Below are positions 59,201-64,000 of a stretch of DNA of 64,000 nucleotides, piece after piece; within the stretch, counting starts at the first letter, position 1; the number at the start of each line of letters is the position of its first letter. The stretch comes from Amoebophrya sp. A120 (lineage: Eukaryota > Protista > Dinoflagellata): contig CAJINV010000005.1 in the NCBI GenBank assembly GCA_905178155.1, positions 9,025,957-9,089,956 of the forward strand, given 5' to 3'. The notes beneath the pieces are model-generated. The model worked only from the letters and a program-made list of their open reading frames with translations, did not search any database and was not told the DNA's origin. Both the position numbers and the translations under genes were made by a program.

Positions 59201-62001
59201 TCTTCATCGTTTAGTCCCGGACACTTTTCCTGGACAATTTGCAGCAGTTCCTCCTTGGTTTTGTTCTTGAGCGACTGCTGCACTTCTTGTTGTTTTTGCT
59301 GTTGTGCCTGCGCCAGGAACGACATGGATGTCATGTACTCCATCGCCATTCTCCCGCGCGCCTCATCATCAAGTTTTTCGTAATATGGCGTTCCCGTGAC
59401 CTTCTTCTTGACCTTGCTCACTTTGTTCGGCATGGTTAGAAGAGCACGCGCACCAAGTACATTTTCTTCCCCGTCAGAATCAGAAGCGTCTTCTCCAGAA
59501 GCAGTAGACGGCGTAGTTGTCCGTTGCTGTTTCTTCCGAATCCTCTTCCTTGGTGTTCTGCGGGTTTTCTGCGGAGCAGCGGCAGGATTCGGCTCTACGT
59601 ACCCCGCCTGGACAGCTTCGCGATTGGAGACAAACTCGATGTCCAGCATAGCAATGCCTGCGTTGGGATCGAGGTCAATACACTTGCCTGCCAACATGCA
59701 GTAGGCAGGGTTGCTATCATAACAGATGCATCCTTGGTAGTCCACCAGCGTGGGGTTACCTAAGAGCACTGGCATGCTGGACACCGTGGAGTTGTCAACA
59801 ATCTCGAAGATGCCCGTGTAAATTCTTGGCTCAGGTTCATTTTTTATCCGATAGAAGAGCCGCGCCCGCTCGTTCGCTGTTGGTGCGGAGCTTCCATCCG
59901 GGTCGTTGTTCATGGTTCCAAACTGCACCGGATCTTCTGGTTGGTAGATCCCGCCGTTCGTTAGTTCTTGTAAAATCGGGCGCAAGGATGAAGGGACGGT
60001 GTTATGACTGCAGTCGGAATCTAATCCTGCAAGTCCCCCTGCGCGCCGCTTTAAAAACTCCTTCTTCCTGTTGTGGAGTATTTCGCCGTACTTCCGGACT
60101 TTCTTCGAGAAGAAACCCCGCGCAAATTTTCGCTTCTTGTCTCCGAATCGCGACTCGTCTCGACTTGTAAGTAGATTCGGAGACTGTTCTTGCTTTTCTT
60201 CCTGGTCTGACGCGGGCTTCGGCCGCTTGTTACTCAGAACAGGAGAAACTTGACTGCGAGCTGTCGCCGTTTCCGGGTTTGGCTCGTTGTTACTTTCTGG
60301 CTGGGACAGCTGGTTCTCCGATGATGCAGAACTGCCGCTCGTCGCCTGGTTTGAATTCGATTTTACTGCGGTGATGTCCGAAACTAAGTTGTCAAAGTCG
60401 GACGAGCGCGCCGCAAGCTCCAGATTACTTTCTCCTGGAAGTACGCGACTACTAGCCGCGGGAGCTTCAGCAGGAGGTCTTGGCTGTGGCGGCAGTGTTT
60501 TCGTAAATGTTGCCGCTTTATTTTTAGTTGCAGGACTGCGGGAAGAGGCTTTTCCATATGGTCCTTTTCCAGCACCCTTGTTGTTGTTTTTCTTCCTGCG
60601 AGGCGCAGGACGATACTGATTTGCAGACGAAGTGGTTGTCTCCTTTTCCGAACTCGACATGGGCGCGGAGGAGTTAGAAACTGTTGTGCCGGCTATTTCT
60701 TCGCTGCTACTTTCCAAAACGGGCACCAACGTGGGCTCGTTCGGGATTATTGTTGGTTTTAAACTGTAGCGGATGTCACTTGAAGGGTCGCAAAAGTTGG
60801 TTGAAGGAGCTACACCTTCAAGCCACCGCTTGTGCTGTTTGCTACCCGGGCGTGGAGTTGGAGTGCGCACTCCCGAACCACTGCTCCCAGAATTTGTATG
60901 GCGCGACGCGCGCGAGCTACCACTAGCACTAGACAAAGTGGAGCGCAGCACAGCATCACCTGGCTCCCGATCACGGGTTGGCTCATCCATGACAACGTCA
61001 CTGGACAAATTTTCATCTTTGATTTGGATACTCCCGTCGCTAGGTTCCTGCTTTACGACGGCATCTTCTTCCTCCGCTGGATCGTCACCTGCAAGCGCCG
61101 CAAATCGACTGGAGAGCGTGAGCTCACGCTTCTTCGCCGTTCCGCGGATACTTGTTCTCACCGTTTTCCGCGGTGATCGAAACTGGGAGGGCAGCGCAAT
61201 GCGGTCCGCAGAAACCGAGGAGTCGCTGTTACGCATCACATGGTCCCCATCCGACGTAGCGTCTTCGGACTTCCCGACGATGTTGGACTCGCGGGACAGT
61301 TCAGGATAGGAAGGCATGGAGGGCTGTTTAATTTTTGATGCAAGATCGGTAGGATCAGTTGCATGCGGGGGCTCATCTAAAACAAAGGACCTGTGAGAGT
61401 CCCCTCGACTCGCGCCGCATGGCAATGCTTGACTCTGGTCTGACTGAACAGAAACTTGTGACGGCTCCGACTTGGACACGATGGAAATTTTGTTCGAGTC
61501 CGAGGTAGAGGAGACCGTGGGAATGCGTAGTGTAGGATCCACCGCGGACGCGTCTGAGGAAGAAAACTGCAGAGGCGGAATCCGGGGTGGTAAGTTCTCG
61601 TGTGGCTCCACATGGGGAGCAGAAACCGGCTGCTGGATTTTGAATTGTTGTTCAGCAGCAGGGGAAGGTGAATTTTTGTCATGCGAAGTTTGCTGCTCCG
61701 CGGAAAATTGAGATTGTTCGTTCGCCGAGTTCGATTCTTCAGAGGACGACGAACAGGTAGGTGGTCGTTGTTTTCCGTGCTCGCACGGCAAAGAAAGTTC
61801 AACATTTACTTGCACAATCGGCGCGCTTCTCCCGTGGGAACACAGAGAAGCTCCGGTGGTGCTGGAGGGTTTATTTTTCAATGCGGATAGTTTGTTTTTC
61901 CAGAAATTGTTGGTTGTTTTTCTACTACTGTTTTCCTCTCCCGACGCAAAGTCAGTAGCCACTCCTGAATCCGAAGATCCGTGCGTCGGAGGTGTGACAA
62001 T
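53224..62001 (-). CDS. pol: Copia-type Pol (protease-like, HHCC/integrase, C2H2 finger, reverse transcriptase, RNase H)
   Basis: LDSDCSH...PVLLG; HEQLGH..CSKC; WVAD..GEGVEF..IERMNG; KSRWVSRGF, DFKEAFLKG, IYGCKDAPYNW, HVDD; CADAS, SSTGIE, TDS, HIAGKKNWTDALTK; open and in frame from the gag TGA. Confidence 0.93.
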   Translation of the reverse strand: MVTPPTHGSSDSGVATDFASGEENSSRKTTNNFWKNKLSALKNKPSSTTGASLCSHGRSAPIVQVNVELSLPCEHGKQRPPTCSSSSEESNSANEQSQFSAEQQTSHDKNSPSPAAEQQFKIQQPVSAPHVEPHENLPPRIPPLQFSSSDASAVDPTLRIPTVSSTSDSNKISIVSKSEPSQVSVQSDQSQALPCGASRGDSHRSFVLDEPPHATDPTDLASKIKQPSMPSYPELSRESNIVGKSEDATSDGDHVMRNSDSSVSADRIALPSQFRSPRKTVRTSIRGTAKKRELTLSSRFAALAGDDPAEEEDAVVKQEPSDGSIQIKDENLSSDVVMDEPTRDREPGDAVLRSTLSSASGSSRASRHTNSGSSGSGVRTPTPRPGSKQHKRWLEGVAPSTNFCDPSSDIRYSLKPTIIPNEPTLVPVLESSSEEIAGTTVSNSSAPMSSSEKETTTSSANQYRPAPRRKKNNNKGAGKGPYGKASSRSPATKNKAATFTKTLPPQPRPPAEAPAASSRVLPGESNLELAARSSDFDNLVSDITAVKSNSNQATSGSSASSENQLSQPESNNEPNPETATARSQVSPVLSNKRPKPASDQEEKQEQSPNLLTSRDESRFGDKKRKFARGFFSKKVRKYGEILHNRKKEFLKRRAGGLAGLDSDCSHNTVPSSLRPILQELTNGGIYQPEDPVQFGTMNNDPDGSSAPTANERARLFYRIKNEPEPRIYTGIFEIVDNSTVSSMPVLLGNPTLVDYQGCICYDSNPAYCMLAGKCIDLDPNAGIAMLDIEFVSNREAVQAGYVEPNPAAAPQKTRRTPRKRIRKKQQRTTTPSTASGEDASDSDGEENVLGARALLTMPNKVSKVKKKVTGTPYYEKLDDEARGRMAMEYMTSMSFLAQAQQQKQQEVQQSLKNKTKEELLQIVQEKCPGLNDEDTEWVACCFLSGNELGLDLDSHPDVQSEEEEAASDEENFLESAENSNEESRPSSISIDQLEQEFPTLSRGELQWLKKQHEQLGHSAALEHLFRGAAKKAMKRIRSFCSKCRSLDDAKRIMERGSLLQFSPNKNVCWVADSMKSRLGKCVYVLDTCTRLRSCELSEETTGGLTAAAVRGVMMLRMLSGGSPQRIVVGEGVEFCNELFRKVCNSLNIRLVRAGYKAANRISKIERMNGVHRSNVWKYTTTPFDPSLEILLWSRASHEVLSSSMEEALDELLKQEADADENDVSIALKHELVREHVFQINSVPILTTCLTPFALSSGSFYAGAHDWERLAADLHHDPEFSADLDDWFKTKAKIQSAVRKAITRLDVQQLLQRRELVGRSYKRCLDSSLLSPNMEVLVRRPDGSFRSWETGTVRTVFDHGADVQVGQGTSFYQPTDIALIQVEDPMKVALESYPDESTAMEIQERLHSHRDEDGDPIFQDPLTAVQGTRSTLRGEALGAEELGHTCKICHRNFTSRNRLLQHTALVHGDGSADVADNPEVRPELPVQYKTGKRRRIALNEDEESDSEDDDEDTPDSDAAPVQEEESRDDNPLFHIQRNRDDSVAQNLLESSDEGVAPALPSVASAAGRDDEWVETETEIIRYHVQPRTRAFLPNRGEGINWEFLTGERRTEYGLLNFPKEAVRVLSDNIKKPKTSKGRTRLAGYQEWVGTTTFKKKEDAPVIGVIPSFRAEVVSLGKMAAAEKHAYFREKFEAVERAARVSQRELMRKTRGAAANNQPAPPRRAQKVVAPASSFWTFNTRPEPEFLYDQAGIKLEPGELVVDIYQLNPKIQKQLRNCVSAMQLEVQQGKIFLTVAEPDDGGANVERAYDFSVIPAVEQHLHKKEQHMGRLMTSDNVCWLWSQLMNGKCIKKLINAKDNSKDIRYVCTATEIKKNKPAEKQFRGNSILLRWGPTCAPEFLDEEKPEEWSKESDAWYARIYFEVTRTVKENLQKHANGTKASALVIDEATAYQLGFESLFIPSVKGEVQAIIDHKIFGEHRSWSSVTPAEKKKMNLLTSRLVVTVKVEPGGRVTKVKSRWVSRGFLDKRFGPKSSVTLSCRSFTMHDTTLIALLQFFQATKTSPWIGDFKEAFLKGFSFDAAHGENDDYYKDSASKIWMTVPDTIKNMKDYGFSDLVELIAAIYGCKDAPYNWMKTLFASLTTLGYQQSKLDPTLWVCTATPEEEEVLARGPDAVRAYFDEKLEQLLAVDSENLEQCARVIYGAKKDNVVDPAPLKPGGSFANIESEKILNSLTSHVQLRGTLLGALGSHVDDTLSGGTLLYQLRNFALFRRYELGSWSCLRPGRKDAFIGRQISVVPTEIHRYQTQQALKKHKTELEKMEFETPAEFLRPVDESKISGLEREYDITRDQGPTTYNNVEALKFDAKQLVDWCEQHEDVVYVVSQSNYLSKVVPIEKAEVLQFFHDRDTARTKMQKKAVQNPFRGRIGELLWSTKTAALILCLTSMLASQLIPAEQANSYEQVADYVCDMNNLIWYANEMDCASRRVMRIGDLLQHFVIGCADASMSRVGGTVNLVGPESDFITTLLAFSKSPKRVFHSSTGIELLGQRLLCSESLYLTQLALDLHLTRLGNVLLQLTDSRNCLAEPKEKNLRSDYMNILQLQEGKVMSIAHIAGKKNWTDALTKEVRLVADALLLLLSVWGVADESVMKVIRKFIAEEQKRFATKCANFEAGELPATGMDVEEEEMDLNPEQEDLLQEPAATQAALSYVTAASAVGWTETAEQWIYHHGSEPRRHLLHPQEEKQDVKFLNEIPPVRKSSGKWDEGEDYVVFWHNDMMQCSSFSPPQQYLLSAGILLRGERQTFLSRTTSTKTEIRSCVDTWQQCGTKNRGELDELLHSKFLPICTIFFKVPKAVQLSNLDLKYGPVSKNLLPQRTTHFKITLHGKEIQHHDVWDGPKTSFFIDGRPFWAVKTIFYKRRVGFFSAGEQQ

Positions 62002-63531
62002 TCACGGATTGATCGTCGAACCGGCGGCCTCGCCGGCGGGCTTCTTCTCACCCTCGATCTTCTTCATCTTGTTCACATATTCCTCGCGCGCCGCAGCTTC
62101 CTCCGGGAAGTTTTTCTTCCACAGCGACATCAAGGCCATGCGTTCCTTCTTCGGGTGGTTAAACCGGCACGCTCCGCGCTTCAGCAAGTTCTGGCACTTG
62201 TCACCAAACTTGCATTCGCTCTTCATCCCGGGTCCACCGTTTCCGCCCGGCGGATTGGTATTTCCACCGTTACCGCCGTTTCCCCCTTCTCCGTTTCCGG
62301 TGTCAGTCAGAAATCCCTTTCCTCCCCCGGTTTTCTTCGGGTTCACAGTACCACCGCCGTTTGGGTTTCCACCACCACCGGTTCCTCTCGGGATGGTGGA
62401 GGAGCTGGTCGACTCTCCCTTGACCGCGGCCATCAGAACATCCATCAAGTCCCTCTCGCCGACGTCGTTCTTCCAGTGGGTGTCGTCCAGCGGGTTGTAG
62501 CGGCAGTTGTCATCACTGGCGATGCGGTCGGTCTCGTCGAGCAGTGTTTCCATGCAGTACTCGCGACCGTCCGTGTCGATCAAAGTCCGCAACGTGGTGC
62601 GGGTGGATTCCTTGATCAAAAGCGATTTCAACGCCTGGTCGACGCGGTCCGTCTCCGGGCGCTTCTCCGGGCGGATCTCATCTTCCAGTTCATAAAATTT
62701 CTTCAGCTTGGAGAGGAAGTCGTGCGGACTGATGCCGTCCATGCGTTTCAACATGGGCAAGTTGTCCGTGATGATCGAAGAGACCTTGCGGGCATACGGC
62801 GCCAAGCGCTGCTCGACCGTAGTCATCATTTTCACGATATCGGTGGTATCCGCGCCTTCCGCATGACCGCGCTCCGGATCTTTTTCCTTGAGCGCGTAGT
62901 CCAACACGGCCTGACCGATGTCTTCATTCGTTTGTCCCACCTTGCGCTGGTTCTTCGCCCAGCTGTGCACGGAACGGAACCAGCTGCGCCGGGACATCTC
63001 CGCTCGCTTCGGCGGGAACTTTAACAGGTCGATCTTCTTCTCATCCAGCTTGGTTAACTCCTTGGCGGGGATCGGGATCACCTCGTTAATCTCCTGCCAG
63101 TCCATCCGGGTAATGCGCTGTCCCGCACGGGGCGCGATCTTCTTGTTCTGCTCCGCCGGAGTTGCTTCTTTGATCTTTTCCTCCATCATGGTGACAAAAG
63201 CGTCATGCTTGTTCTGCAGCGCTTCAAACTTGTCCAGCAAGTTGGAGTACTTGTCCAGCAATTCCACATCGCACGAAGAACACGCGGGAGCGGGAATTTC
63301 GAGACGCGATAAAATGTCGTCATCGACATCCTCGCACACGGGGCTGTTGTCCGGGGTGGAGTTCTTCATTTTGTTTTCCATTTCCTGCAGTTTCTGCTTG
63401 GTCTCGCGGTTGTCGTCGCGGGCCAAGATCAACTCCTGGCGCAAGCACGCGAGCTCCGTCAACGCGCCGTTCTCCAGGAGCGTCATCTTCGCCTTGTCCG
63501 ACGCACCGCAGAGGAAGTCCAGGCAGCCCAT
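62002..63531 (-). CDS. gag: Gag-like protein with C-terminal CCCH finger
   Basis: 509-aa ORF after the PBS; coiled coil, helical core, G-rich linker, CKFGDKC...CRFNH; N-terminal MGC. Confidence 0.8.
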   Translation of the reverse strand: MGCLDFLCGASDKAKMTLLENGALTELACLRQELILARDDNRETKQKLQEMENKMKNSTPDNSPVCEDVDDDILSRLEIPAPACSSCDVELLDKYSNLLDKFEALQNKHDAFVTMMEEKIKEATPAEQNKKIAPRAGQRITRMDWQEINEVIPIPAKELTKLDEKKIDLLKFPPKRAEMSRRSWFRSVHSWAKNQRKVGQTNEDIGQAVLDYALKEKDPERGHAEGADTTDIVKMMTTVEQRLAPYARKVSSIITDNLPMLKRMDGISPHDFLSKLKKFYELEDEIRPEKRPETDRVDQALKSLLIKESTRTTLRTLIDTDGREYCMETLLDETDRIASDDNCRYNPLDDTHWKNDVGERDLMDVLMAAVKGESTSSSTIPRGTGGGGNPNGGGTVNPKKTGGGKGFLTDTGNGEGGNGGNGGNTNPPGGNGGPGMKSECKFGDKCQNLLKRGACRFNHPKKERMALMSLWKKNFPEEAAAREEYVNKMKKIEGEKKPAGEAAGSTINP

Positions 63532-63719
63532 GGCTATGCTGCCAGGTGTAGTAGTGTTTCAACGCGTCGCAAAATGCGGGCTAAAACACGTCGTAGTTCA
63601 GAAAGTTCGAGTAGAGGTGCGAAAAACCTTCGCACCGTGTTGTTGATTGTTCGAAGCGACGGAATCGTCGATAGAGGTGAAGTCGTCTTCTGCTGCGTGT
63701 AGTAACGGTTACACCGAGC

Positions 63720-63737
63720 CGCTCTGCGTCCTCACCA
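63720..63737 (-). promoter_or_regulatory. Primer-binding site candidate TGGTGAGGACGCAGAGCG
   Basis: TGG immediately internal to the 5' LTR; cognate tRNA not identified. Confidence 0.65.
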
Positions 63738-64000
63738 TATTAGAAATCCTAAACTGTTTTCTTTCAGCGATCGATCAAAGCGAGATGCTTTTTTTTTCCA
63801 AAACCGACTTCAAATGTACACTGATTTTTGCTTCAACCGATTCGCTTTTCGTCTTTTCCTTTCAGTCTAGAACCCGCGTTCGTTGTTTCCCTTAACAACA
63901 AAAAAGTTTCTTCAGCCTGCTATCGTTGGTTTTAATTCTTCGCCTCGGAAGGTCAAGAGTAATCTTGAGCCAACCTCGGCGCACATAAACAAAGGGCAAA
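63738..64000 (-). repeat. 5' LTR (partial)
   Basis: Near-identical to 52085-52347. Confidence 0.92.

Larger units (their letters stand above)
52085..64000 (-). mobile_element. Ty1/copia-type LTR retrotransposon (5' LTR runs off the window)
   Basis: Direct repeat 52085.. and 63738..; PBS-like TGG; PPT; gag-PR-IN-RT-RH domain order. Confidence 0.93.

Noticed and set aside
55567-63646. Long plus-strand ORFs (326, 376, 347 aa) opposite gag-pol
   Set aside because: Antisense shadows of the coding strand

Overview
Eukaryotic, gene-dense window in which every recognisable gene and RNA lies on the minus strand. The dominant feature is about 60 short (70-480 bp) elements of several unrelated sequence families. 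They share one architecture: 5'-TAT...ATA-3' ends, terminal inverted repeats (TIRs), a 5-bp target-site duplication (TSD) and many copies of a GCAWNACAA/TTGTNWTGC motif. They interrupt coding exons, lack GT-AG ends and occur in both orientations. Removing the element plus one TSD copy restores the reading frame, checked by hand in RPB7, GAS8/DRC4 and three other genes. They therefore behave as non-canonical transposon-like introns (introners), as reported for the syndinian dinoflagellate Amoebophrya; that organism assignment is an inference. Host genes: RPB7, GAS8/DRC4, RPL29, two coiled-coil proteins, a mucin-like type I membrane protein and a very large unknown protein. GAS8 introns hold tandem clusters of at least 12 predicted snoRNAs (C/D and H/ACA), and three U15/snR13-like C/D snoRNAs lie upstream of RPL29. 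The right end holds a candidate solo LTR and a young Ty1/copia-type LTR retrotransposon. Its gag and pol are in frame across a single UGA, and it has a CCCH finger in gag, atypical protease and integrase motifs, and no introners.
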